Shown piece by piece: positions 11,655 to 25,386 of a stretch of 64,000 nt of DNA (positions are counted from its first letter, which is position 1; every line of letters starts with the position of its first letter). The stretch comes from Heterodontus francisci (lineage: Eukaryota). The notes under the pieces were generated by a model that ran no database searches, had not been told where the DNA came from, and saw only the letters and a list, made by a program, of their open reading frames with translations. The DNA is taken from NCBI RefSeq assembly GCF_036365525.1, contig NC_090393.1:14604201-14668200 (forward strand). The letters are read 5' to 3'. The translations under genes were made by a program, and so were the position numbers.

Positions 11655-12005
11655 GATCATACATACGATCATACAAATTAAGAGCAGGAGTAGGCCATTC
11701 GGCCCATTGAGCCTGCTCCACCATTCAATAAGATCATGGCTGATCTGTTTCTGTCTCGAATTCCACACTCCCATCTACTCCTGGTAACCTTAGATTCTTG
11801 TTAGGCAAGTGAATCAATCTACCTCTACCTTAAAAATATTCAATGATCCCGCCTCCACCATCTTCTGAGGCAGAGACTTCCAAAGTCGTACAACCCTCTG
11901 AGAGAAGAAATTTCTCCTCATCTCTATCTTAAAAGGTGACCCCTAATTTTAAAACAGTGCTCCCTAGTTCTGGACTCACCCACGAGAGGAAACAACTTTT
12001 CCACA
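11655..12005 (-). mobile_element. CR1 3' fragment
   Basis: KLFPLVGESRTREHCFKIRG, CR1 3' UTR hairpin (gagcaggagtaggccattcggccc), repeated tail. Confidence 0.85.
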
Positions 12006-13668
12006 AGTCTACAGTTTGAAGCATTGGGCTGCTGACTCACATGGGTTATGGGTTTTGTCCGTTCAGCTGCCATTTGTGGCTTGCAGTTGTATAATACTGA
12101 ATTTGTGCCTCTGAGGCATGGCCTTCTGAAGCACACCAGATACACCGAGCCAAAGCAAAATGCAATATGCAGTGCAGCCTCTGGCCAGTTCTGAGCTAAA
12201 ATAACAATTGGGGTCCTATTTACTTCATAGAAGCCTAATTTCCATATTATCATTGCAACTAGTTGACAAATGCAGAGATGGGATATGCACAGACCTACAA
12301 AGGTCTGTTATCATAATATTTGATTGTCAGTTTGTGTATAGCCGTGCTGTTAGTGTTGACATTGACCACAGGCCAATTTTTGAAGGATTGTCCTTTGCAG
12401 ATGCAAAGATTGATCAGGTAACAAATGGGATGACAAACACGAGGGAATTGTATGTACAGTTACCAATTCACCATCCAGAGCAATGGACCAGAATGCAAAG
12501 TCAATGTAAAGACATGGGGTTGTGAAAGCTTACACTGTCATGATCATTGCCAGGACTATAACATTATCTAAACTCAGGAATACCCTCCATAAGCCTCTCC
12601 ACCTCTCTACCTCTCTGTTCTTCTATAAATCACTCCTTAAAACCTACCTCTTTGACCAAGTGTTTTGTCCTAATACTTCCACGTATGGATTGGTGTCAAA
12701 TTGTGTTGGATTACCCTTGTGTAAATCATACCGTGGGACTGTGAAAATCATACCAGCTATGTGTGATAAACAGCAATCTGGGGTTTTACAAATTAAAAAT
12801 GACTCCTGACACAAGTGGGCAATGTATCATCATGGAGATATATTAGTAGGGGGATGTAATTTAAAATGGAAGATACAAGATCATTCTGACAGGTGAGAAA
12901 TGAATGTGAGTTGACAAGCTTGGCAGAGCAGTAAAAAAAAAAATGATTTTATGGCCTGCAAGGCAGAGGTTTGCAGACTAAGCAATTTTGAAGGGCTTCT
13001 CTGATGGCTTAGAGATGTTTAGGGTAGCATGTTAGCTGAGTTGTGAAAATCAGGAATGCTTTTCCCCCAGATCTAGACTGAGTTGGCTGATCTCAGAACT
13101 AGGAGTGCCACAAAAAGCCTCAGTACCTCTGGATAAAGGATGGGTAAAGTGACAGGGGTTGCTACTCCTGATCTTTCTGTGAGGATTTAACCCTTCCTAC
13201 AGGACATTCTCTTTACTGTCAAGTCAACCAGAATGTAATTTTGCATAACTTTGCTACTTTTTTGCTTATTTACCAAACCGTACTTTTATTTATTTGCATC
13301 ATTCATTTAGTTTGTTTGCATTTATTCAAGTCAGCTCAGTGATTTCCACATATATCTTTAATGATTGCTTTGCTTCATATCCACATACATTCTGTGGCAT
13401 TACTACATCATAATATTCACACTGACCTTTTTTGTTCTTCCTGGCAACTTTTGCCGGACCTCCAGCCAAGTCTCCCAAGATATTGAGGCAGAGATCTATC
13501 AGTTGGTGGTGTATCAGCAGATTTGCACCTTCTTTGTTTGTTTGTGACTCTCTACCTCCCAACCTTCATCAAAAATAAACTCCTGTGCCTGCATTTCTGA
13601 GAGTACCAATACATGCAGGTCCTTGACAATAAATCTGGAGTGTTCACTTGTCGTTCAATCATTTTAGA

Positions 13669-14070
13669 TATCAGCCATGGCTCAGTGAGTAGCATTCTTC
13701 CATTTGAGACACTCCATGAAACCTGAGCACAAAATCCAGATGGACACTCCAGTGTAGTGATAAGGGAATGTTGCACTGTTAAAGGTGCTGTCTTTCAGAT
13801 GAGATATTGAAACTGTCCTTTCAGATGGGCATATAAGATCCCATTGCATTATTATAAGAAGAACAGCAGAGTTCTCCCCAGTGTCCTGGCCAATGTTTAT
13901 TCCTGAACCAACATTACGAAAACAGATGATCTGGCCATTATTGCCTTGCTGTTTGCAAATTAGTTGTTGTGTTTCTACATGACAACAGTGACTACACTAC
14001 ATTTCATTGGCTGTAAAACACTTTGGGATGACCTGAGATCATAAAAGGCACTTTACAAATGCAAGTTCTT
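13669..14070 (+). mobile_element. Deu-type SINE
   Basis: Head tcagccatggctcagtgagtagc through tail aaggcactttacaaatgcaagttc. Confidence 0.85.
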
Positions 14071-14227
14071 ATCACCAAAATTGGATACTCCACACCTGAA
14101 TAAGTGAACTTCAATAAGTGAATCAATATTTGCTTGAGAAATGTTCAAAGGTTATAATACAGGTACACTGTGATTGTTTGCATGTTGCATTGTCATACTG
14201 CTCATTTCAAAGCCATACACAATCAAA

Positions 14228-15360
14228 GAATCATAGAATAGTACAGAAGGAGACCATTTGGTCCATTGAATCTTCACTAGCTCTTTCAAAGAGCTATCTA
14301 GCTAACCCCACTCCCAGGCTCTTTCCCCATATCCCTGCAATTTCTTCTCCTTCAAGTATTTGTCCAGTTCCCTTTTGACGGCTACTATGGAATCTGTATC
14401 TTTCACCCTATCAGGCAGTGCATTCCAAATTCTAACTCCAAATTCCAAACACTTGTGTAAAAATATTTTTCCTCATGTCGCCTCTGGATCTTTTGGAATC
14501 GCCTTAAATCAGTGCCCTGTCATCATCAACCCTTCGGTCATTGGAAACAGTTTGTTAAAGTGTGCGGCCACTTTAAGTTTTTTTATGTGGCCGTGCATGT
14601 GCGGTGATTTAAAGGGGCTGATTTGTACACAGCCTGTGTGGGAACCTCCGGGTTGCTGCCACCAGCTGAGTTTAGAGGGAACATTGCCTGTGACCATTCT
14701 AGCAAATCTCTCTGTACCCTCTTTAAAGCCTTCACGTCTTTCCTAAAATGTGCGGTCCAGAATTGGATGCACTACTCCAGCTGGGTCCGAACAAGTGTTT
14801 CATATAAGTTTAGCACAATTTCCTGGCTTTTGTGCTCATTGTCTTTATTTATAAACCCCAGGATCCCATATGCTTTACTAACTGCTTTGTTGACCTGTCC
14901 TGCCACCTTTAATGATTTAGGCATGCATACTCAACTTCTTGCACTCTCCTTTTCCTCACCTCATTCTTCCTACCAAATTGTATCACTTCACACTTTCTTG
15001 CATTGAATTTCATCTGTCATATGTCTCCTCATTCCATCGACCTCTCAATGTCCTCTTGAAGTCTTCCTCACTGTTTACTACACTTCCAAGTTTTGTGTCA
15101 TCTGCAAATTTTGAAATTGTGCTCTGTACCCGCAAGTCCAAGTCATTAATGTATATCAAAAATAGCAGTGGCCCTAGTACTGAACCTTGAGGAACTCCTC
15201 TATGTACCTCTCTCCGGTCCAAAAAACAGCCATTCACCCACAACTCTCTGTTTTCTATCCCTTAATCAATTTTTTATCTATGCGGTTACTGCCTCTTTTT
15301 TCCCATGGGCTTCAATTTTGTTAACAGCCAGATATGTGGTACTTTATCAAATGCCTATCT
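14228..15360 (-). mobile_element. Decayed CR1, containing a DNA-transposon end fragment at about 14553-14687
   Basis: GVPQGSVLGPLLFLIYINDLD...FADDTKL; gaatcatagaat tail. The insert ends ttagagggaacattg, a hAT-like TIR (CAATGTTCCCTCTAA). Confidence 0.85.
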
Positions 15361-16126
15361 TCCTGTAATTTTGTTAGCAGGTCATTAGTTGTAAGAAAGA
15401 CAAGCATTTCTCAGATTTTCCATTAAAGAACCAACATAGGAGCCCTGGTCACTAAATATTGACTAGATCAAAATTACATTTTTTTGTGTTATGGAGTCGG
15501 ATGGCACGATTTCTTACTTGGTAATGACTCGCTAGTGAATAATATGCTGTGCAACATCTGTAATAATGGACGTCGGCACTGGTAGCAGCCTCTTGAGCAC
15601 ATCATTTCTGCCACCACCTCAGTTTAATTGGACATCAGGCTCTTTCATTCGCACATAGTGCCCTTGCTGACGAGTACATAGCTTGAATGTTAAAAATTAG
15701 CATTGATGATATTAGTGGATGAATGCTTAACATGTTGGTATGACATTCCTTTATCAACTATTTTAACACAGGTATTAACTCATTCGTTTTAAATGGATTA
15801 GTGCCTCCACTAAAATAAGAATGGAGTACCACAGAAAAGCGTGAAGCTTTTGTCTACTAATAATACACACATTTCTAGGGTATTGCCTCCTGCACACAAG
15901 AGGAAAATGAGAATGCCAGGGACAGCACTATTCCAGGACAGGATCACCAAAGGCTGATCTGACAAGTGACGATCAGAAAATACGTGGCTTTCCTTCATAT
16001 CATTAACTTGACTTCTCCCTCTTTTCATTCAATGGTTGAGTCAATGAAAAGGAACAGGATGACACTTTTGAAAGGGAAACAGCTAAAAGACTGTAAGAAA
16101 AACCAAAGCCTTTCACGGAAACTTAG

Positions 16127-16355
16127 TGTTATCTATTGTTACACTATTTGTAAAGTGCTAGGAACTAGTTGTTATGTGTAAGTGTTCCAGTGAGGCCACA
16201 TTCACGGCTGCACTGGAGAGTCATGTGATACGTAACCAGTCCCTACCAGGCAGCATGGTGAGCTGTGTTAAACACGAAGAGCACCAGCCATTCCAAGTCT
16301 AAAGTGTGATTATTTATAACATCTGGGAACCAGGAAACAACAAGAAGACATAACA
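16127..16355 (+). repeat. 5' LTR of Gypsy copy A (229 bp, TGTT...AACA)
   Basis: Homologous to the LTRs at 50848-51108 and 55231-55491; directly followed by the PBS. Confidence 0.9.
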
Positions 16356-16366
16356 TGGTGGCAGTG
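16356..16366 (+). other. Primer-binding site, tRNA-Leu type (TGGTGGCAGTG)
   Basis: Complementary to the 3' end of tRNA-Leu (...CGCTGCCACCA) with one CpG-type change. Confidence 0.75.
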
Positions 16367-19300
16367 AGTAAATCTAGAACATTTTAAAAGAACTAGATTG
16401 GGAAAATTGACCCAAATTAGTGCCAGAGAGAGAGAAAGAAAAACTGAGTGACTCGTGTGAAAACGAAAAATGAAATGTCAGCCGGAACAGGAATGAATGC
16501 ACAGCTACAGCCCATAATGAATTGGGAAGCTAATGATGTCATAGAAGTATTTGAGAAGTTTAAACAAAAGTGCAGATTGACATTCAGTAGTTTCCTAAAA
16601 GGCACTAGTGAAGAGGCGAGGGTCAGCTATGTCATTCTGTGGGCTGGAGATAAAGGATTACATTTATTTAACAGCTGGGAGCTAAGTGAAGAGGACAGCA
16701 GAAACCCAGACAATATTTTTGAACGATTCAGCACCCATCTCCAGCCAAAATCAAATCATCGGATATACCGAATTTCAAGGCTTCAGACAGGAACTAGGTG
16801 AGCCATTGACAATTTTGTAATAAGATTGAAAAATGCTGGCAGAAACTGTAAATTTAAGAACACAGATGAAAGGCTGATAGATCAGTACATTTGGGGTTCT
16901 GCACATCCTGAAGTACAGAAAGCTCCAGTCAAAAAGGGCAAGCTCACAATATTGCAGGCTGTAGACACTGCCAGAACACATGAAGCCACGAGCAGACAGA
17001 TGAAGACACTGACTATCCAAAGGGCTAGCCTTCAGTTAAGCCAAGAGAAAGCATCAGGGTTGGTGCAGTGAAACACAATGAAAGAATGTACACCAGACAG
17101 AGAAAGATGTGCAGGAGCTGTGGACGACCACATGAATTGACAGATAATAGGAAATGTCCTGCATATGGATCAATCTGTAGAGCTTGCAGAAAGACCAATC
17201 ACTGGGAAAAGATGTGCAGAACAAGGCAAGAAGGTGGTAGACGAGTCACCAGAGCCAGAGTAACAGGGCGAAGGAATAGTGAAAGAAGCCAAAACAACCA
17301 TACAGTGGAAGATGACGATGGGTTTGAGAACATGACAGACATAAGAACCATACAATTACACGAAATGTCTGGATGTGACATCCCAGAGAAAAGGAATTCA
17401 CATAACCATTCAGATCAGGAAGAGGGTGAGAAATAAGCCCATAATGATAAATCTGAGGGTGAAGATTGATACTGGAGCGCAGAGTAACATCACCCGCTCA
17501 GACTATACCAAGGGATCTTTCCTGAAAATTTGGAGGAAAATGACTAGCCAAGGAAAAGTGCTCTGAAACCAAACAACGTCATGCTAACAGCATACGGGGG
17601 AACTGAGATTCGACAACTAGGAACAACCTAAATCAGAGGGCCACACAAAGGAAAAGATGTTAACTTTATGTTCTTCATCACTGAAACAGATGGTCCAGCT
17701 ATCCTGGGGTTGAGCAATTGTGAAGAGCTGCAGATTATCTCAGTAAACCATGAGGTGAAGGAGGCGACACTAAAGGTTGAAGATAGTACATCCATTTAAA
17801 AGGACCCTTCGATCAGAAGCAAAGAAGATCTAGTACAAATGTACCCAGAATGTTTTGATGAGATAGTTGGATGCTTTGAAGATTTTGAGTATTACATCAC
17901 TATTGACCCAGCGATGAAACCAGTGATTCATCCCCCATGTAAAGTACCAGTAGAACTAAAAGGAAAGCTTGAAAGAAAGCTCCAAGAAAAGGAAGAAAAG
18001 AAGGTGTTTGCGAGAGTCGCAGAGCCTACAGATTGGGTAAATTCTATCGTGGTGAGAAAGAAGCCAAATAGATGGCTAAGTATTTGTCAAGATCTTAACG
18101 AAGCAATAAAGAGGGATCACTACCCTATTCCCATACTGGAAGAAATCACACCAGCACTGGCAGGGCCAAAGGTTTTCAGCAAGCTTGATGCCAGAAATGA
18201 CTCCTGGAATATGAAGCTAGTCGCAGAATCTTCACTGTTGACAATATTCAATACATCCTTTGGACGGTACAAATTCCTACGTCTACCTTTTGGCCTCAAA
18301 GTGAGTCAGGATGTTTCAACAGAAAGTAGATGAGACATGCAGGGGATGCAAAGGAGCAGTCGGCATAGTAGATGATATCCAGATAAATAGTGTAGATGGA
18401 AAAGATCACGACAACCATCTACATGAAGCCATGGAGAGAATCAGGAAAGCTGGGATTAAGCTAAACGCAGACAAATGCATTATGAAAGTGACAGAATGCC
18501 AGTTCTTCGGAATGGTGTACACACCTGACCGTCAAGCTGAGTCCTGAAAGAATCTCAGCCATCTCGGGGATGGAAGCCCCAAGAGATAAGAGAGAGTTGA
18601 GACGTTTCCTTGGTTTGATACAATGCATGAGCTCCTTTATTCCGCACATGTCGGAACACACAGCAAACCTGCGGGCGCTGATGAAAGAAGTTGTAGAGTA
18701 CCAGTGGTCAGAGTCACATGACAGGAGTTTTAATAAACTCAAAAAGGTAGTATGCAAGGAGACAAGTCTGTTGTACTACAACAGAAAGAAACCTGTCACT
18801 CTGCAAGTAGATGCTTCCACAAAAGGACTGGGAGCAGCCCTGGTACAAGAGGGAAAGCCAATAGCATTTACATCCAAAGCTCTAACATCAGCTGAGACAA
18901 GATATGCCAACATAGAAAGAGAGCTTTTGGCAGTCATGTATGGATCTGCGAAGTTCCACATATCTCTATGGGAGAAAGTTGATAGTGCAGAGTGATCATT
19001 GTCCACTGGAGCAGATCTACAAGAAAAATCTATGTAAAGCAACAGCAACACTGCAGAGGTTACTCTTGAGGCTTCAGAGTTACGCTTTCACACTGAAATA
19101 TAAGTCTGGACGAGAAATGGTGCTGGCAGATACCCTATCTCGGTTGTCACCACAGGAGAATCACGAGATAGAAGATCTAGGTATAAAGATTCATCTCCTA
19201 TTGAATGTAACACCACCAAAACTTAGTCAAATTAGAGATGAGACTAGCAAAGATGACGAGTTACAGATGCTCTCTCAGCAAGTGATCCAGTGATGGCCTG

Positions 19301-20229
19301 ATAAGATACAGCACACACAGCCAGCAATATGGCAGTATTGGTCTATCAGAGATGACATCGCACTAGAAGATGGTGTTCTGCTAACCGGATCCAGAATAAT
19401 CAGACCCAAAACGATGCAGAAAGAACTTCTCCAAAAGATACATGAAGGCCATCTGGGAATGGGGAAGTGTAAGATCAGAGCCAGATCAGCTGTGTACTGG
19501 ATCGGCATAGACAAAGATATCGAAAATATGGTGTCTACATGCAATGTATGTCAGAAGTACAGAAACACACAGCAAAAAGAGGAGATGATAGTGACCAAAG
19601 TACCATCCAGATCATGGCATACTGTAGGAGTCGATTTATTCACACATAATCAAGAATGGTATCTCATCGTTACAGACTACTACTCAAAATTCCCTTTTAT
19701 CTGGAAGGTGAAAGACTTGAGAGCCACAATAATCCTCTCAGCAGTACGAGTTCTGTTCACTGAGCAAGGGATTCCTGAAAGGTTAATATGTGACAATGGC
19801 ACCCAATTTACATCCAGAGAATTTAAGGAATTCGCTGAACAGTATGGGTTCAACACCATCACCTCATCACCACACTACCCATGGGGACACGGATTTATAG
19901 AAAGGCACATGCAGAGGGTCAAAAGAATCCTTACGAAATGCCAAGAGATGAAGGAAGACCCAAACCTGGCCTTATTGTCACTCCGATCCATACCTCTCAA
20001 GGCTGACATGAAATCACTGGCAGAGCTGTTGAATGGAAGAAAATATAAGACAACACTGCCAATCAAAATACATCCTTCAAGTGACCAGGTGGAAGTCAGA
20101 CAACAACTCACTGCCGCACAGGTAAGAGGAGAGCAGCACTTCAACAAGTATGCTAATTCTCTACCTGAGCTGTTGAAGGGGCAAACTGTACACGTACAGG
20201 ATCCAATCATGAAACCTTGGAGCCCAGCA

Positions 20230-20420
20230 GTCATGGAAGGCCTCGAGCGTACCAGCAGACTCCATGTGCTCCCTCTCCGGGGCACCCAAAAATGGATGTA
20301 GCCGCGGAAGAACAGCAGGCAGTAGGCCAAATGATCCCCTGGAGCACCTGCTGCCTGGACCTGTTGATGGCTACCTTGGCCAAGCCAAGGAGCAGTCTGC
20401 CCAGGAGGTCCTCCAATCTG
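20230..20420 (-). mobile_element. Tx1-like (L1 group) LINE ORF2 C-terminal fragment
   Basis: Frameshifted peptides EDLLGRLLLGLAKVAINRSRQ and YCLLFFRGYI resemble the Tx1 ORF2 C-terminus; abuts the truncation point of Gypsy A. Confidence 0.65.
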
Positions 20421-23067
20421 AAGACTAGACCTCTAAACTATTATTTCCCACTCTGGTTTTCCACCCATTCTCATTCTAATCCTGCATTGAAACCAGGTGA
20501 TCTTCACATCTACTGGAAGGAATCAATATTGCAAATGCTTCGCAAAATAAAATGTACAATTCACAAGAGAATTATGGATGAGGAGGGCCATTTGACCCAT
20601 CTTGATTCATCCACCTAGAGAGACACTAACACTCTCCCTCCATCGCACCCCCTACCACCATTGGAACTTAAATGATTCCAGCTTTTTTGCCCCTACTACT
20701 TACTCTGAAAGTTAATTCCACATGTTGAGCTCTCTTTTGTGTGAAGATGAATGGCACCTAACTTGAAAAACTTTCCCTTTCTGGTTTGATCTTGTGTCCC
20801 CTTGTCCGAGTCTTGCAGTTTACTTTAAAGTAATATTCCAGGTTAACTTGAGCGATACCCTTAATAAACCTAGGTACAACTTTGCACTCTTGTTTGAGTG
20901 CCATTAGATAGCTCACTGAACCAACTCAATGTGATTCCGGGTCTGCTCCTCAATGGAATAGGAGTGAAGTTTTATCAGTAATGATGAAATTCATCATGGA
21001 GTGTATGTTAAATCATATAAACAAGCCCAAAGTCTTTATATAAATTTGTTGATCTCCTGTTGTATTTTTCAGGGAAAAATAAAAAATGCCATCTTTCCTC
21101 CTATAATCAGCTCAGATTTCTCAGTTTCTTTCTCTCTTCATCTTTCAGTTTGTCTTCCTTTCTCTCACTGAATCACTCAGACATACATCCTCTCATTATT
21201 GTCTCTATTCTTAGTTTATATCGTGATGGTGGTGCAGTGAGTGCTTCCTCTCTCTGTCTTCAGAAAGGCCAATGTGGGGGTCATTTCGCACTGAGCCCAC
21301 ACATCCAGCAGACAGAAGACCTTGAGCTGGATGCAGCACAGGCCTGGACACCCAAAGCTCATTAGGGAAATTACAATGGCTTAATTTGTAATCACTTGGA
21401 TCAGCATGAAAGTGAAAAACGCATTAGCATCTATTTATTACACATAATTTACAGCACTGAAACAGACCATTCAGCCTTACTGGTCTGTGGTGATGCTTAT
21501 GCATCTCTCAAGGCCCCTTGCGGTCTATTTACTGCAGCTAACCCTATCAACATATCCTTCTATTCCATTCTCCCTCATGTACTTACCAAGTTCTCTTCAA
21601 ATGCATCTATGCTATTTTCCTTAACCACTGCAATGTGGTAACGGGTTCCACATTCTCCTTACTCTCTGGGTAAAGAAGTTTCTCCTGCATTCCCCATCGG
21701 ATTTACTAGTGACTGTCTTATATTTATGGCCCCTAGATTTGAGCTCTATGTTATTTATTTATTGATGTTGGAACAAAGATTCATTTCTTTACGATGTGTC
21801 CCTGCTAATTAGTAGTCATAAAGCATTTTACAGGAGGCAGAAGAAAAGTCTGGCAGCTGCAACCTGGCATCCTTCCAGTTACTCTATAACTTCACCAAAG
21901 GCAAGCGCAAAATTCACACCATTTCTTATTTGAGATAAAGCAACTAGCTTAAATCACAGGCATTCGTCACACAGCGAAACAGATTGAATCCTCTTTCTTG
22001 TCAGGTTGCCGATGTTGGAATCATTTGTTTAGCATATTAAGTATTTTCATAAGAGAACTTGGGGCATCTGAAATATAGATTATTTCCCTGCCAATCTTAC
22101 TTCTTCGGAAGGTACTTACTCTTGCTATGGGCAAATTACCCTTTCCTCCCCAGAGTTGGTTATTCTTCAAATGTGAGCCCTGTCATGAACAAGCTATTCA
22201 ACAAAGGTGAAGATCAAAGATGAGCCTGAACCAACCTACACAAGTGAACTTGCCATAGCTTCTTCGGCAGCACTTCCCGAACCTGTGACATCTATCACAT
22301 GGAAGGACGAGGCTAGAAGGTGTGTCAGAATGCCATCACCTCCAAGTTCCCCTCCAAGTCATGCACCATCCTGACTTGGGACACATATCTCCCATTCCTT
22401 CATCGTCACTGAGTCAAGATCACCATGGGTGTACCTTCACCGCACAGACTGCAGCGGTTTATGGAGATGGCTCACCAACGTCTTGTCAAAGGCAACTAGG
22501 GATAAATGCTGGTCACATCCCGAGAAGGAATAAAGAAAAGGAAATTAATGAAGTAAATAAAAGTATAAATCAAAAGCAGCACAATTCAAGTAGAAAAAGG
22601 GAAATCAAAATGAGCAAATGCAAGCAGATAAAGTTGTACAAGATGGAATGCAAGAAGACGAGGAAGTAGAAGGAGATAATAAAGGGAAGAATCATGAGGC
22701 AGAATGAAAGCATGGAGGAGAGGTTGGCTGCGTCTGCCAGTTGTAGAAAAATCTTAAATTAATTTATAAAGGGCAGTTTACAACTTTATTGCAGCTAAAA
22801 CATATAGGAAAACATTCCCCAGGCTCTAAAATTCTTTTGGAACCTCAGGGGCCTGTTTTCAGTCCTACACATTCTTACATTCTTACAATTGTCTGAGGAC
22901 AAGATCCGCCAATTTTGACCACATTCTAAATCCCATTTGATAGGTGTAAAGTATTGTTTAGTGTAATAAATAGACTGAAAGATACAATATATAGGTTGAA
23001 AAATAGATATAGTATAGATAGTATAGAGACTGAAAGAGAGATATAATATATAGACTGAAAGATATAA

Positions 23068-23605
23068 TGCTGAATTTTATCAGCTTTCTAGGGACAGGCA
23101 GGGAAATGGGGGTGCCCATAAAATAGCGAGGGAAGGTGGGGGTACCTGTTGCTTTCCCGATGCCATTTAATTTTGTCAAGACGGAGGACAAGATTCCCAC
23201 CCAGAGGCCAATTGTCGGCGTTAAGCAGCCAATTAATGGCCACTTTTAAGGGTCTCTTCCCACTGCCTGTGGGCAAGTGGGGGCCCTCCTGCTTGGGCAA
23301 TCTGTTGCCTGACTGGGCCCGTCAAACCCATTCCACTTACCTGCACTCCGGGCCCCAAGGCTGCTCCTGGGTCCGGGGCCTCCTGCAGTTCCAGCAGTGG
23401 CCACCATTTCTGGTGGCACTAGCGGAACTACTGAGCTCCTGGCCCTTTGATTGGCTGGGAGCTCTTGGAGGCGGGATGCCTGTTCTTAAAGGGACGGAAA
23501 TACCGGTGCCAGGCAGTTCAATGCAGCCAGAGGTCCCCAAAATAGCCAAGGTGGGCCTTTCTGGTCCAGCGCCAGGAACCCCACTGCCTGCATAACATCC
23601 AGCCC
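23068..23605. mobile_element. GC-rich Harbinger-type MITE inside an (AGACTGAAAGA)-unit minisatellite
   Basis: Ends gctgaattttat / ataacatccagccc resemble the TIRs of 41673-42341; agactgaaaga units on both sides (22972-23062, 23614-23624). Confidence 0.5.
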
Positions 23606-24780
23606 ACAATATACAGACTGAAAGATTGAGTGAAACGTTGATTAGACTCAGCATCAAGTCAGAACTCTTCAGGTTTTGAACTTCTGCTTCCAGTACAAGT
23701 ACGAATCTTGCCCTGATCTCCATCACCAAAAAGCACAGAGCAGCTCTGATTATAACAGCATCTCTCACCACCGTTTTATCATCATTTAGGCTAATCAGTT
23801 TGAAACCTCATTGTACAAGCGACCTTCAACTTAATCCATGACTAATTGGTTAAAAATATCATTAATCACTGTCCAAAGCCAAAGGGATTTTAATTCCACA
23901 GCTGTTAACGCTGGAATTTTCAAAATAATCACGTAAACTGATGGAGATGTAAGTCTTCACCTTCCATTTTTAATACCTTTTTAAAGGTAAAAGCAGGATG
24001 CAATTCCTTTTTCTTTTCCATTTTTTAATCCCCCCCGCCCCCAAACCAACAACTTACCTTTGTATTGTGCATTTAACATAGTGAAACATCTTAAGGCATT
24101 TAACAGGAGTGATTCTCAACAAAATCTGACACATAAGGTGATATTAGGAAAGGTGACTATAAACTAGATGAGAGGTAGGTTTTAAGAGGCTTCTTAAAGA
24201 AGGAGAGATAGAGGCAGAGAGGTTTAGGGAGGGACTTTCAGAGCTTAGGGCCTTGGCAGCTGAAGGCACGACCACCAACGGTGCAGCAAAGAAAGCTGGG
24301 GAAGATCCATTGATCCTTGTTTGGATACAGTTCCACATGGGCCAGTAGTTTACCAACACCTCATCATTCTTCCTGTGTGAGTCCAGCCAGCAAGTGTTGG
24401 CTGTGTCATCATGGAGAGCTTCACAGCTGAGCCTCTTTCCTGTCTTCGCCTGACATCCAGAACTTCCAGCAGAGGTCACTGGATAACCAGCAGGAGCAGA
24501 TATCCTGGTTTGTTCCCCTTTCTTAGCAGGGTAGCTATTGGAAAACCCCGACTGCTGCCCAAGCTGAGGTCAGATACTTCAACATAGTGTTTGAACTCAC
24601 TCTAGTGGCTCTGAGGACAAATGCACAGCTGAATATGGCACTGTGCTGATGTGAAGTGACACCAGTAAGTTATGGTATATCTGACGTTTGTTGGATTTGG
24701 CTTCAATATCCGTCAGCAAAAAAAAAATCAGCAAGAGCTTACTCTCCTGATCACTATCTAGTGACCCCTGCTGCAAAAAG

Positions 24781-24916
24781 CATGTGTGAGTGCACATGTT
24801 TTTGTCTGCATTTGTATGTGTGTGTGTGCGTGTATGCCTGTGTTTGTGTCTGTGTCTGTTACCTGTGTGTGTGTGTGTGTGTGTGTGTGCGTAAATCTGT
24901 GTGTGCATGTGCATGT
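24781..24916 (+). repeat. Imperfect (TG)n microsatellite
   Basis: Seen directly; lies inside the old SINE-like repeat at 24660-25060. Confidence 0.9.
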
Positions 24917-25386
24917 GAATGATGTCTAGAACAGGACTGAGCTTTCCATGGTCGAATAGCTTACAAACACACACTGTCTCAGCTCCGTATAGTGAAGCAC
25001 CACAGAAACACCAGTGCCTGTTGAACAAATGCCTTGGCATGGTCTAACGCCTCCAGGAGTATACCTTGGCCAAAGAAAACACCAGCTGGGAGATCACTCC
25101 TTTCAAATGTTTAATACAAACGATTATGAAACTCTTGCGTGAGCAAGGTGCAATCTTGCCTGAATTTACATTTCACATAACGAAACATGCTTGACTTTGC
25201 AAACTGTAAAGCACCATCTGAGAAAGACTGCAGGAAACTACAGGTAGCTCATCATGTTACGGTGGACAATTGCAAGACATCAACATGCTTGACGGTGCCA
25301 GGAAAGCCTTCACAAAATACACCATTTCTGCTCTTGACCTGCAGTGAATATAAATAACTGCAGTTATTTCTGGCACAAGTACTCCT

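Larger units (their letters stand above)
16127..20229 (+). mobile_element. Gypsy (Mag-like) LTR retrotransposon copy A: 5' LTR plus gag-pol pseudogene, 3'-truncated
   Basis: Gag CCHC knuckle CRACRKTNHWEKMC, protease KIDTGAQSN, RT FSKLDA / RLPFGL / IVDDI, RNase H DASTKGLGA / YANIERELLA, integrase HEGH..C..C, GVDLF, ICDNG. Multiple frameshifts; no 3' LTR. Confidence 0.95.

Noticed and set aside
13420-13600. Possible minus-strand exon (…LIDLCLNILGDLAGGPAKVARKNKK|gtcagt)
   Set aside because: From the best acceptor all three frames hit stops, and no homology was recognised.
19414-20301. 295-aa integrase ORF as a domesticated gene
   Set aside because: It is part of a frameshifted Gypsy pol with LTR and PBS, and its C-terminus is read-through into an unrelated fragment.
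22972-23066. Spaced AGACTGAAAGA repeats as a CRISPR-like array
   Set aside because: Short degenerate minisatellite with AT-rich, non-unique spacers in eukaryotic DNA; no cas genes.
24597-25040. His/Thr-rich and Cys/Val-rich ORFs
   Set aside because: Translation of the (TG)n microsatellite.
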